From: Saccostrea echinata | Lineage: Eukaryota | DNA: 64,000 nucleotides | Assembly: GCF_033153115.1 (NCBI RefSeq) | Contig: NW_026889805.1 | Span: forward strand, 6,386,001 to 6,450,000 | Reading direction: 5' to 3' | In this document: positions 12,301 to 27,300 of the stretch, piece by piece | How the letters are laid out: each line of letters begins with the position of its first letter | Numbering within the stretch: position 1 is the stretch's first letter | The notes under the pieces: model-generated | What the model saw: only the letters and a program-made list of their open reading frames with translations | Database searches by the model: none | Told to the model about the DNA's origin: nothing | Made by a program: the position numbers and the translations under genes

Positions 12301-15300
12301 AGCAAACTTTTTAAAGAGGATTTAAAATTAGAAAAAAAGATAAACTGAGTATTTTCTGGATCCAACATCAAAAACTATAGGAGAAAATTACCCTCAGTTC
12401 CCGAGTCACTGTTTTCTTTGATTCCATCTCCGTGAGACACATCTTTGTGGGAGACCAAGAATAAAACAACCTGACTTTTTTCGTTTTTAATGGGAACAAT
12501 ATCCAGGAGGCACGTAAAAGAATTACCTGAAAATCAGATATAAACAATTAAATTCAGATATAAACATGTTAAAATCAGATATAAACATTTTAAAAGTAAA
12601 TACAAGCATGTTACAAAACACGTTAGAATCGGATATCAACATGTTAATATAGATGTAAACATCAGATATAAACATGTTAAATAGATATAAACATGTTATA
12701 ATCAGAACTAAATATGTTCGATAAACATGTTAAAATCAGATATAAACATGTTAAATAGATATTAACACGTTGAATAGATATAAAAATGTTAAATAGATAG
12801 AAATACATGTATGTTAAATAGATATTTTTTTTTACCTGAAAGTCAGATATAAACATGTTGAACAGATATTTTTAGACTCAAAATCTCGTTAATAATTGAA
12901 ACTGTGTTGCAAGTAATTACGATGTTAACTTTTTTATTATCAAGAGGCTTCACTATTCAGTTCCTAATAATGTTAGTTGATGATAATTTTCGCTCTACAA
13001 ATCACTATATGTAGTTCAAAACTAAAACTGTATTAGAAATGTTTAAAACTAATATTGTACTCCCTCGTGAGACTTTAAGGTCATAAAACTAATGCTTTTC
13101 TGCTTGTGTAATATATTTTGAATAATTAAGATTCAGTATAATTATGTATGGTTGATTTACATTATTACTGCACGGAACTCGAAAAAGTTGTTTCATTAGT
13201 AACCGATTGGAACCAAAGGATTCAACAAAAAATCTGTTTCTATAAAATTGAAAACTCTTCTGTGGATTTCCATGAAAAATGACCTGTTTGATCGAAACCT
13301 TAATCATATATTTNNNNNNNNNNNNNNNNNNNNNNNNNNNNNNNNNNNNNNNNNNNNNNNNNNNNNNNNNNNNNNNNNNNNNNNNNNNNNNNNNNNNNNN
13401 NNNNNNNNNNNNNNNNNNNNNNNNNNNNNNNNNNNNNNNNNNNNNNNGCGTTGACCTTGACGGTTACCTGAGTATCATGTGATTCTCATACGGAAAATAC
13501 TTAAAAGGATATATTGCAGAATGCAGTAAATATTCAACCAAACCTGTATCCTTACTTCTCACCAAAATATTCACTGCTGTGAAGGAGAAACTTCAGACTA
13601 TTGTGCAACTTCATACTTAAGAAGTGGTGAAAATCAAATGTGGATTGTATAAAAGTCCAAAGAACTTTTGGAAAATTTAAAATTTCAAAACTTTTCAAAC
13701 ATAAAAGGATCAAAACATACGAATTTCTACGCTTTATACAACCATTGCTCACGATAATTTAAAGAGGGTGTTTTGAAGTCATATACAACTGCTTCCTCAA
13801 TAAAAGTGGAACTCGCAAATTTTGATATATTTTGAATGGTCATCTACAAATTTACTTTTTAAAAATCATTCTAATTCTACATACAAGTTCTCTGAAGTCG
13901 AAATCAAAAAGATGTTCCTCATTGACAATATGTAGTATTCGGAGACCAGGTCTTCTAACAATCTGTTGGAATATTTGGACGATAATGACCAACTAATAAC
14001 TAAACTGTATGAGAAGCAGGATGACTTAAGCTTTTCCATCTTCAATTTCCTTTATTTACGCAGTAATGTTCCAACATCACCTCCATATGGTATTTATATC
14101 TCCCAGCTGATTCGGTACGCAAGAACATGCTCGAGTAAGATCTATTTTTAAACCAGGCAAGCTACTGAAAAAATAAGATGATTTAACAAGGATTTTAAAA
14201 ATCCAGGTTAAAGTCAGCTTTTAGCAAATTCTACGGTCGTTATAATTAACTTGTTTGTAAATACAGCTTATCGTTGGGTCGTACTTTGTCTGACATGTTT
14301 GATACCATTTGTAAGGTATTGCTCTTCAATTCTCAGTTTGACTACAGAGTACTCCGTATACCTGATCAATACACAGGGCTCTCGGCTGGTTTGACCGACT
14401 GGTCTACAGGGAATGCTTACTTCTCCTAGGCACCTGATCCCACCTCTGATGTTTCCAAGGGTCCGTGTTTATGCCGTTTACGATTAGTTCTGTTTACGAT
14501 TTATGAGATTGATTCGTTATCTTCACATTTTATATTATGATTATCTCAGCCCCACCTGGCACTGTAACGAAAGACGCTTGATAAGTGAATTTTACAATTT
14601 CGTAGAGAAATCTTTTATCAATAATATCACATAAAATGAAGTTGGTCTCCCAGACGTTCGGGAGTATAATTATTTGTAGAAATATAACTTCATTTTAAAT
14701 TAGTGATCAACGTAGTCCTGTTCCTGAGCCCTCGGGACGCAAATTCCGTAATTTAGGAAAGGCATCAAGGTTTACTACCATAAGGTTTACAATTTGCTTT
14801 CTAAAGGTCCAGAAATAAAGAATATTTTCAGAAGTACTTTGATTAAAACATTTCAATATGACTGTATGTAAAAACCAGAGGTACCATGAATAATAAATTT
14901 GCAATATATGACCAACTCTACTTGGGACTGAAATCAGGTGACATTCAATTCATAACTGTGAATAAGGACTAGCTGCTAAAAATAGTCATGTAAAAATGTT
15001 ACTTGCTAGAAGCATTTAAGTAAAAAGAAGATTGAAAAGTGCAATACATTTTCAAAGCATGACCCCTTTAGTCCATCCTGAACTCAAGGCCCAGAGAATA
15101 TAAATTTTACAAGATTGGTTGAGAATAAGAGCAAACTGTCATCATACTTACAGTGTTTCTGCTTAATGATCATGAATAAAAAAGATTTTTCAAAAGTTTT
15201 CTGTATTTTAAATATGACCCACCTAGCCCCACTCTTGGACCTAAGCCTTGTTCTCATGGTACATGAGTTTCACAATTGTGGTAAAAGGTTGGCTGTCCCT

Positions 15301-18300
15301 TATAATCATATAAGCACGGTGTCTACTAGATGTACTGAGTACAGAAGATTATCAGCGATCCGATTATTTTTAATGAATGACCCACTTAGTCCCACTTTGA
15401 AGCCTGAGTCCTGGACCCAGGGACAAGAATTCCACAATCTTAATAAAAGGCTAACTACTCATATCATCATGCAAACCGTTTGCCTAAATAACTATAGATG
15501 TATGTAAAAAAGGTTACGGTGTTCTTTCAATATATAACCACCTTAGCCCCTGTCTGCTAACTTTTCGATTTTTTGACATCTAATAACCATTAGATCAGTT
15601 TTAACCAAACTTGCCAGGGCATCAATGGGTAAAGAAAATCCAAGTCTCTTAAAATACCAAGAGGAGAAAAAATGTTGGTAGTAAAAATAGGCATATAGGA
15701 AATTGTTTAAATTTTTTTTTTGCAAGAACCACAGGACCAAAATACAAATTTGTTCAAATACTAGTAATTGGAAAGCTAGGTTAGAGGAACAATGTGGGCA
15801 GGTCCAAGGTCTTATGTACATGTCTTACAATGAACATTTAATGAAATCAGAAATCTTTACACACAAATAGAGGTGTGTGTCTTATTAATGCTATATGTGT
15901 ATCAAATTTTAGTGAAATCATGTCTAAACTACAAGGGGCAGCGTTTTGGTGCAAGAAAAACAGATTTACTATAGCAACCATTGCGACATCCTGAATAGCA
16001 AAAAAATTGTTTATACAGAATAATAAACAGAGATGTACATGTAATTTAGAACCATATTTATTGAAATTAGGCCAAACCTGTACAGGGAGTTACACCTTGA
16101 CAGAAATTTGAATCACCATAACAACATTAATCGAGAAAATTAAAAATCCATACATCTATTACGCATCGTAATCTTTTTAACCATGATTTATACTGAAATC
16201 AGATTAAATCTGTGGGATATATAGCATTGTAAAATTTCCCTGATTTTTCTACTTTTAGTAACCATGACAACACCATTCATCGAAATCGAGAAATATATAT
16301 CTTGATGTAGTCCATTTTTGTTTCTAATTTTATTGAAATCAAGCCAAATTGTAGGAGTAGCAGCCACTTTGTGATAATTTATCAAATTATCTTATTTTAG
16401 TATCCATAGCAATACAAATGCAATGCATCGAAGCTAAATAAACTTACTTCTGGAGTATCAAGTCTTATTGAAATCAAACAGCATTAAAATGGACTTTTAC
16501 AGATTACATTTTTCAGATGCATTAACTTTTACTGAAATAAAAAAAAATAGATCTGTAATATATGATGAGGTACTGTGCACGTACATTATACCAAATTGAA
16601 AACTGCGANNNNNNNNNNNNNNNNNNNNNNNNNNNNNNNNNNNNNNNNNNNNNNNNNNNNNNNNNNNNNNNNNNNNNNNNNNNNNNNNNNNNNNNNNNNN
16701 NNNNNNNNNNNNNNNNNNNNNNNNNNNNNNNNNNNNNNNNNNNNNNNNNNNNNNNNNNNNNNNNNNNNNNNNNNNNNNNNNNNNNNNNNNNNNNNNNNNN
16801 NNNNNNNNNNNNNNNNNNNNNNNNNNNNNNNNNNNTCTTCTGGTTTTTGACTAAAATACTCAAAAACAATTAACAAAAAAATTCTAAAAAAATTCAAAAT
16901 AAAGAAATAAAAAGTTTCTGCGAAAGCTGGAAGGTGCTTTTAATATGGGAAAAGTAAAGAGAGAGGAGCACAGAATTCCTAACTCCTTTCAGAGTTTTTA
17001 CCGCAGTATTTGTCATATCACAAAGTAATGATTGCAAGCACGGGTTCTATGGCCTTTTAATACCTTCTGATCCCCTTAGTGAACAGTACATCGCAATTTA
17101 TAGGGTTCTTAAAGCCTTACGATCAACAAGCGACTTACCAATGACTAGTCTACTCTCAATCAAACTCTATCAACTGACTATTTTTTTTAAATCACTACAA
17201 GTAAGTGAAATAAACTGCACTGTTCTAGAGTGTGATAAATGTCCGAGAAGCAGCTGATGAACTGAGGAACGTTTTGGGATTTCAAAGATTTCAAGGTCGA
17301 TGCCTAGAGATGTGACATGAATCTAATTAGTGTGACTGATAGCCATAAGTACCGTCTTTCCTGTACAGCAGTATCTCTGTCTTGATTTCTTCTTTCTGCT
17401 CCAGGGCATCCTCTATTTTGGCTTTTCCTTCTTCCTCTGTGTTTTCTCCATAAAGGAATTTACATGCGCAGCTTTTACCCATGACGTGAGCTCTCGAATG
17501 CCCCGTAAGTTCACAGAAGCCATCAGAGCAATAGACAATGGGAAATCCATTGGATAATGCATTACCTAGGACGAAATTACTGTCTGAAAAACAAAGACAG
17601 GGATTTTAAAACATCTTGAAGCATATTTGTACAATAAATAGTGCTTAATGACAAACTCGTATTTAATTTAATTGTCCGACTTTTCATCAGTGTAATGAAC
17701 GATTGATTTGCAATGTACGGTAACTGAGTCACAAGAAGTATTCAAAGAAATTGAATAACATTATTTGTATGCACAAGCCACCTTATGTTCTGTCTTCGGT
17801 AGCATCCCACAGTAGGACGTGTATAGAAACTATTTTAGAAAGCAAATAAAGCATTAATTTGAATATTTTATAACTGGCACTGTACTTAATTATGGGTATC
17901 TTTATATTCAGGTTTGAATAAAGTCAGAGAAAAAGCAGGTCATAGAAACGTATTTTTTCTTTAAGTTGTGTGCCTACTGTCAATTCAATACATGTACACG
18001 TTTCTACATGCTTGTGATTTAGCAATCATAAGCAGTAATTATGAGTCTTTTCGAGAAAAATGCACAACAAATCTGTAACTTGAAGTCTATTCATACAACC
18101 TATGTACTCATACAAAGAAACAACCATCATTAAACATTGTAAGTTAACACTGTAAGGAATACCTGTACCACCAAGTGGTACATGATTGAGTCTCGTCTTA
18201 CACCAGGTTCTGAATCATTAATTACATTTTTTTTCACATCCACTAACTTTTTATTTGTAACTGAAATTCCAGGGATTTTTAGTTCAAAGGCAATCATAAA

Positions 18301-21300
18301 ATAAAACTTATACGAAGTTAACACTATACTTATATGCATTGTATTGTTACTTGAAGAATTATGCTCTTGGTTTAAATTTGACTCTACATAAAATTTAAAT
18401 CATAAATGCGTTCTTGAGCATTTCATTCTTCAGATTCAAGGGGTATTCTTGATACCTCTTTTTTTAAATCATTCCGCTTTTGCTTACCATTAAAAAAATA
18501 GCCGCGATAGTGATCATTTTGAGAACTTTTATCATTACATAATCAATGTATTTCACATAATGAAAAGTGCGTTTTTCTTTTAACATTTGCAAAGATTTTG
18601 AGCACCAGTTTGTTCACAAGTTAAAAAACTGCAATTCAAATTATAAATATTTAAAAACTAATTTTTAAATGCATATATGTGTATAAATCAGAATAAAGAA
18701 GATTTTTAGATAACAAAATAAAATCCACGCCTTTTAGCAGATGATATTTCCCGTTGAAAATTAATAATACAGTCAAATGAAAAAAAATATAATCCTCTGG
18801 ATTTGGAATAACAGAATTTAAGCCATGGAAAGCAAAATAAATTTAATAAATTATGTGAAATGAAAGAGATTTTTAAAGATTGTGTATGTACTTGATATTA
18901 CAGGTATGGTGAATCATTAGTCATCAATACGAGATATCATTGATCTATTGATTGGGCACTGAACATCATTAAATGTCATCATAAATTATAAGTGAACAAA
19001 AGTCGATTATTTTTCATCAAATTGAAGAAGCCGAATAACAATAGCAAGGCAGGGACGTGGACTTGTATTGGATGACAGAAATCTCCTGTTTCCATGGAGT
19101 CAAGCAGGGACAAAAATTAATCTCATTATCTTCAAAAAGACTCTTATAACAGGCTTATATGAAATCGTCTTCAAATAAAATAAGATCCCTGTTTTCATTA
19201 ATCAGCATCCGTTAGAAATATCTTATTTTTTTCTAGTTACAATGAATAAAAGAATGCAATTTGTATTCAGAGTGTATAGATTTTAGATTCTGCCTTTCAA
19301 AACTAGAAATTATGGAGATTAGAAATTCCGTGCAACGGCGACTGTATTATGTTGTTAGAGGCTCATCAACAATAGGTCTTGTAAATATGATAGGAATTCA
19401 TTTCAACTCTCGTAATTTCATAGAAACATGGTAAAAATAATTTTTGTCAGACTGTAAAAAAGAGAATAAACATTTTCTAAAAGCTCATTAATTAAAACAA
19501 CAATGAAGATGTTTCTCAACAATCTGCTTTATTATCATTAGTAACAAGAATACGTGGAAACTCCGATTTATCACTTCTTAGATAGAACTATGACTACATC
19601 AAAATCCAAAGCATAATAATACTTTTTAAAAAAAGATAACTACAAATATCACAAAAATGTTATACAATCTTCAGTGATAATTAAATAATGTACTGTAATG
19701 GTACTGCCGGAAACTATTTTATGATAATTATTTTCCTATGTTACAATTATTAGTGTTAGGTTATTACTTTGATATCTATTTTTCACATTACACCTTGATA
19801 GACCTAAGATTAATGACGTCAATGTAGAGTACCAGGTAAACATATTCCACGGATAATTACTCTACATCTTTGCTTTCTACAACTCACCTTTATAGTGGTT
19901 GTTTCTTGTAAGTCATTTGTTTAAAAAAAACAATTTGCGCTTTGTAAACACTAAAAAAAGTATCGTGTATGCCATCTTCCGTGAACATTAATTTGAAATT
20001 AAAGGGAACTACGTTCAACGTATTAGCTAGAATTCTTCTGGAAAAATGATATAAATACGGTCATTAGAAATGGTTATTTGCATATTGAATTTTTAGCGAA
20101 GACGAGGTCCATGGGCCTTATTAGTCACCTAGGTAAGATGACTGACGTTGTATTTATGAGCCTCACCTCGGACTGGAACTCTGAAGTTATGTAGTATGAA
20201 TTTTACTATTAGGTAGAAAACTGTTTCATCAATATCATATTGCTTGGTGTTTGTCTTCTTGATTCTCGGGGTTAAAGAAGATTTTAAAGGATAACAGCAG
20301 ACATGAGCTCGAAAGTTCTTTATCATCATGAAAAAAGTTTATCTGCAAGATGCCCCTGATTAAAAACGAAGATTTTTACAAACAGTCAACTTGGTCCCCT
20401 GTTGGGCCACAATTCTTGAAAAACTGTGGATATAATTATAGCTCCTCATTACAATTATGCAAACAGTTTGTGTGTTTAAAAATGGTAAAAGATAAACAGG
20501 AATGTAGAAGAATTTTGAAGACTGTATAAATGTTGGTAAAAACTGGTTGTCAGTCATTTCATGGAAGAAACTGAAATATTAAAAAATTGGTATTTAAAAT
20601 TTATCCTGTTCAATACAGAATTTACTGTCTGTTAAAAATACATGCTTGCCACGCATTTTCTCACATTTTTTTTAAAGATGTACTCTATAATTTATTTTTT
20701 TATCAATTATTTTATGATTATAACTAAGAGATAGACTTCATACCCTTAATTCTATCAAGGTTTAAATTGTAATCCTACCCCTAATCCTACGCATCTCCTA
20801 TTCTTCAACCAGTGACAAGCAACTGAATCTTTAAAGGAGATTTCTATACATAGAAAAATCAGAAAAATATACCAGTTTATTGGCTATCTAGAGCTCTGAT
20901 TTAACCGTGTTGTCAGCAGTTAAAGCTGATTGTTTAACACTTAAAACAGGTAATAAAATATACAATGAAAAAATGGAACTCTTATTTCTATTATATATAA
21001 AAAGAGATATTTATTCAGTATTCAGTGTTACAGCCTAGAGTGTTGTGGGCAGGGTTTTGTTCTTTTAAAGAATTATATGAGGATATGAGATGGAGGCCTA
21101 TTTATTCTCAAGCATTGATGTCAGGTCAATGTAGCCAGGCTTCCTAGTATCCACTATTAATGATGGAATTTCATATTAGACAGACTACTATGAAAAAATA
21201 TTCGATGCTTAGCTTACTAAGGTTATCAACTAACAAAGTTTCTGTTAGCAATAACTTCTGGTGAAACTTAATTCAACCCTACAGACATTTGATGATTAGG

Positions 21301-24300
21301 TTTAATGACTTGATGTTTCTTCTTGATATTTTAAATAACAGAGAAAACAACATTTTTTTCTGCTGTCCATGAATAATCATGAAGATAGATGGAAAAAAGA
21401 CATGTAATCATATGTTGAAATGAAATACTAGTACATTTCCTCTTCCCAGATAAATCACAGAACCAGTAAAAGATTTTTTTTAAAAATGGAGCAAACTGAA
21501 AATTAAACAGTTTTGTAATTACCTTTAATTTCTACAAAATACAAATTCTAAAATGCTTTAAATCTCATTATATAATGATTATAAGCCGATAACTGTTCAT
21601 AATGTCAGATATAAGACGGTCCGACGGCGTTAGTGCCCAGGAGAGCTTACTTAAAACATGAAATATGGAGATAACGAACAGTATTCAAGCTCAAAATCCA
21701 TTTACATAATACAAATCAGGAGCAGAGCAAACAAGGACCTCCAAAAGAATCAGAGGTGGGATCAGGTGCCATGGAGGAGAGAGCATCCCCTGCCGACCAA
21801 TCACACCCGCCGTGTGCTCCTTGTCATGATCGGAACAAACAGAAAAATCCGTACACAATTCAGTGTGTAAATAATAACATAACAATAAGTATGAAAATCG
21901 TCAGTCAGCATTTGCTTAATGACCGGTTGTACTTGATGACAAGGTCATTGCATCGACCATAAAACTTGCAAAATGATGACTTCAAACAAGACTATTTATA
22001 TCCTTGTTTCATCAGCTTGTTAGTCAATAGCTTGCTTCGTATTAGAAATTGTTCATACGTAGAGTTTGCTCTTGCGTATCGAATCAACAGGTAGACAAAA
22101 AACCCCTATGCAGGTGATAAGGGTATATTGCTACATATGACGAATTGAAAAATTGAAGTCATTACGTTTATCATAAAGCCTTGTTGTTAGATTACCATCA
22201 AAGTCTTTTTCTATTGTAAAATATCCAAATATAAAACAGATATGTCAGACATCTCATCAATGTCGAACACTCCAATTGTACTACTGGACAGCTCAAACAT
22301 CCCGGGAGTGGGCGAGCAACTACTCACAGAAACTCACAAAGTGTCAACAAACCAACACCTAAAATATAGGCTTATATACATCCCAAAATCAGTTGAAATT
22401 TGGTGAGCGGAACACTTAAAGGCAGAAAAATGAATGTTCAACCGAGTAAAAGGCCAAAGGATGAGTTTTCATGTTTTGAGTAAGCTTTAAGCCTCAAACT
22501 GATTATTATGTTAGATATTAGACTCTCCACGGATTCTTCTACAACAGATTCTCCTACAACATTTCCTATGATATATCAAGTTCACCGTGTATTATTTATG
22601 CCAATTTCAAATGTAATATTTCGTAAATTACGCTGCTAATTTCCTACAATGCTCACAAATTGTTTAATTTATCAAAGCCTTTTCAGTACTGTTTTTTTTT
22701 TTACCTGTATATCGACCTTTGTTTTTATTTCAGTGTTACCTGTAGCTGTCCATTATAGACAGATGATACAAAAAAGGAGATGCCTTGATTGACACTGTAT
22801 ATATTTTTTGGATTTATTTTGGTTGTAAATGATGCAAAAATAGATTTCTAAATTATTAAAAAATTGTAAATTTTTCTATGATGTTAAAACTTCTACCTTT
22901 TTGCCCTCACTCTTATAAATCAATACAATTTTTTTTATCACTTTATAGGATGTTATTGTGAAACTTTGAATGAAAAATTAAAATATATGCGGATAACTTA
23001 TTTATTTTACTTACATAAACATGGCTTTAGTTGCTCGTTTCATGATGTTTGAAAAAAAAAATTGTTTGTGTCATCTGTCTTGAAGTTGAGTCTCATTCGA
23101 CACCTACAATTAACATTGGACGAAGTGCAGAACGGAATTTACTGGACCAGGTTAAACAAAAAAAAATGATGTAATAAAAATGTTTTAATTTAAAATATAC
23201 GCATTTTTTCCCAAATAAATTGATTTTGTTGATTAAAACCATATTGTATGTTCTGTTCTCCCTATAGGAACATCCTTTTGTGATGAAAATCTTCATAAAC
23301 TGAACGTGTGATTGCCATATCATGTCAAGCGGAAATATAGGGTATTCATATCTAAACTATTTTAGCTAAACAACGGTGTAATTTTGAATATACGTCAGTA
23401 TTATGTTTTCTCTCAAACGAAATAATTTGCCATTCCTGTGATTCCATCAAAGCGGCATTGGTGGAATGTGTCGTACAAGGAAGTGTCCTTGTCGAGATAA
23501 AATTCGAACCGAGACAGCACCACTGGGAGTAATCAAGACATCAACCCTGTAATGGGTTATGTCAAAAACAAAATATCTAAAAGGATTTTTCATGTCAAAT
23601 TCTTTTTTTCAAATCAAAACATATGCTGATATCTTTAGCTTCTCTGTCTGGCCTTTTATCGAATTTCGATTAATGATGATGATGTGAAAAATTTATACTA
23701 CAAAAGAGCATTTTGATATATTCTTGTGAGCGCTAGCACATTATCTTTATTTTCTCTATATCAGAGGCAATACTGCACTATAGAGAGATAGGTTTGTGTC
23801 AGAAGCTAATACCATTTTGAGTTTAATGCGAGCAATTCGTGAAAAAGGTTGATAGAGGAGGTCATTCAAAGGCTAGTAGAAACATTATGGAATAGCAAGT
23901 AATAATAACATGGATGTTGTTTCTCGCCTGCTATATTGTGCAGCTGTACATCAATGTTTCACCTTCAAAATAGAGTATTTTAAATAGAGTAAAACTCATG
24001 TTCATCATCCTTTTTTTATACGAAGTTTAAAGTCATTAATGCAACTCTAGCATTGCTGTATTTTTCAAGTACAATAGTCCAGAAAAAAGCTTGCACTTAA
24101 ACTTATAATATTCTATGTTTATAGATGGTGTAAATCTAATCGTATACTTAAAAACTCCTAGGACTTTTTAAAAATAAAACTGAAATCTCAAAATTTTATC
24201 TTATCAATTACATCAAAACATATGACTTTTCAACACTTTATACAACCATTCCCTAAATTAAAGTCAGAGCTTTTTGACATCACATACAACTCCTTTTTTT

Positions 24301-27300
24301 CAATAAAAATTGAACTCGTAAACTTACATACCTTGTCAGTGGTCATTTGCAAAATGATTCTCTTAGAAAACATTCTGATTGTATACAAAAGTACTCCAAA
24401 GTTGATTTTAAAAATAAAATATGTTTTGATCATGAGTTTCTTATTGACAATATCTATGTATTTTTGGATATCAAGTCTTCCAACAATCTGTCGGAATTCC
24501 CATTGGTACCAGTTGCTTCCCATTATTAGCAGAATATTTGTATTCATATGAAGAAGCATTTATTCAAAAACTTTTACATGAAAAGAAGAAGTCTCTTACT
24601 GTGGCCTATAATTCAACATTAAGATTTGTCAACGGTTTTTTGTATCAATTAACAATACTCATTTTCATTCCTACGTTGATTCAATATATCCCTTTGGACT
24701 CGAAATAAAAGATACCACGTATCACACATCTGTTTCATAATCGGATATTTTGCTAGAAAAAAACGTAAATGGTAACCCAACAAAAAAAAAAACTTTATGA
24801 TAAATGTGATGAGTACAACTTTCCTATCATCAACTTCCCTTATTTATGTTGCAATATGCCATTACCACCAGCATATGGAGCTTATGTCCCCCAGCTGATT
24901 AATAGATACGCAAGAGCATGCTCTACATACGAACAATTTCTAAAACACGGCAAACTATTGACATATATGTAAACGAAACAACAATATCAACAATCTCATT
25001 TAAAGTCAACATTCGCAAATTCTACGGTTTACCCAATAACCTTGTCAGCAAATACAATCTATCATTAAGTCGAATGTTGATTGAGATTTTTCATACCAAT
25101 TATCAGGCCTTTATTTTCAGTGAATTGTCTACGTATTTTTTTGTTTGCCCCATCATGATAAGGAGCACACTTACTCCTTCATGGCACCTAATTCCACCTC
25201 TGTTTTTAGGGGTTCCTGTTTTCTCTGCTCCAAAAATGTATTGTTCAATGATTTTTTTTAGCTTGATTAATGTTCGTTATCTTCATATTTCTATAACATT
25301 GACATTTTCTTTTTCCCCATTTATTTCAGACCAAAACAAAAATTTAAAAATTTTAAAAATATAATAGCAACTATCTAGTGATTCAACATATTTAGGAGTT
25401 CTCTTTTCTAATTTTAATCATAATATCTTCAGACTAAATCAATAACAAGAATAATTGAATATTGATGAAGTCTGTATTTGTTTCTAACTTTATTTTGAAA
25501 GCTACTTTTTGTATTTATTTTAATTGCTTTTTATTGTTACCGCGCCAACAGCCTTTATTGAAATCAGAAAACAATGTACAGATAAATGTTCATTATTGCA
25601 ATCAACATTTGCACCAGATTTTTATTCATATTTGGTGAAAAAGCTATAAAGCCTTCAATTACAATATAATTCAACAGATCATTCTATATCGTATCTATAA
25701 CAGCAATGTTCATCAAAGTTTAAAATTAAAAAAACCTGAATTTTAATGTTGCTGAAACTGAAATAAGGTTACTAAGTAATTGAAATTACACAATTTTTAG
25801 TAAGAGTAACAATGTGAAAAAAATAAAAATTATTTTGAAGAAGATTGACTTATTAAAAATAAGTTAAAGGGAATTATTCACCACATGAAATGTTTCATGA
25901 AAACATCTATAACCAAGTTTTATTGAATTTAGACCAAATCTGTAAGAAGAGTAACACTTTTCATCCATATCACTTATTACTTTATTTAGTAAAAATTTTA
26001 ATATCCTATATCAAAACTAAAAGCGGGTATGCTAATTATGTTTTCAAGTAGTCTACAAAGTTATATTGAAATAAGAAAAAAACTATAGGACGAATAGCAA
26101 TTCTAAAAGAATGAGATAGTATAATATATAGTTATGAATCGTTAGATTTGTGTATCTTAAAATACTTGTGAAGCAAGTTTTATTGAAAATAGAAGAAAAA
26201 CTGTAGGAGAGAAACATTTCCAAGGAACGCATGCGTCGCCTGCTTTGTAGTTTCATTAAAGGTGTAAATAAATCTAAGAGTGGTCAGTTTTTTATTTACT
26301 ATAAACATAATATACTGATAGTTCATATATTTGCCTGCAAAGAAAAAATGGCATCCATGAATAGTATGACTGCGATAGAATCTGACAATCAAAGAAAATA
26401 TGATTCCATAACCCTCAAATGAAAAAATTAAATTAAAATTATTATTAGAAATAACACTATCTGTTATTTTCTTTAAAACGTGTTTCCAACAATCCTCTAA
26501 AAATGATTTCAGTCTGCCTTTCCAAAAATTGTCAGTCTACACGATCCATTGTTGAATACCGATCCCAATGTATTTTTATGGTATTTAAATATAAGTGTGT
26601 GGTAATTGAATATCATTTAGTTTCAAAGTACTTTTTCATGAGCTAAACGTCTTTGCAATAATCATTCAAAAGACATTTCATTCTGTCTTTACTGACATTC
26701 TCAGTCTATACGATCCATTGCGGAACATCGATCCCTATGTATTTTCATAGTAGCTTGTCTGGTTACTGAATATCACACGGTTTCAAAGTACACTATCGTG
26801 AGTTCATAAACATGCATAAATGCTTATTATCCAAACCCTGCCTCTCAAAAATCAAAAGTCGTAGGTTTAATTAAACTGCCCGAGATATTTTTGCAAAGTA
26901 AGTCAAACGTAAAGATCAAGTGGATTGTAATGCTGGTATTTTTCATATTGTCTTGTGACAAACAGTGCGCATGCTAAATAGCATAGACCTACCTCTTAAA
27001 TCTCATGAATATGCTGTTTATCGGCACTATGAGCTGTTTTGAAAAGTAGGTCTAAGGTGAAGGTCAAAGGTCATGTGGTCGGTAACCATGGTAATTTACA
27101 AAGCCATAGTGCCAAGCAATATATGTTCAAAATATCAACTTCATACCTCTTACATTTCTTGAAATATAGGGTGTGACAGACGGACAGACAGACGGACGGG
27201 CATATAGACTACGGGTAAAGTGATCCCTTAGTGCCGCTCTGCTCTGCAGGCAACACAAAAATATTTACAGTTATATAGACACACAGACTGACGACGAACA

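Noticed and set aside
13248-16897. ORFs containing long X runs
   Set aside because: Artefacts of the N gaps.
22338-22358. Possible in-frame 21-nt microexon in coding intron 1 (ttttag...TTT|gtgagt)
   Set aside because: The donor context is weak, it would disrupt the conserved GTHSNF junction, and such a match is expected by chance in a 21-kb intron.
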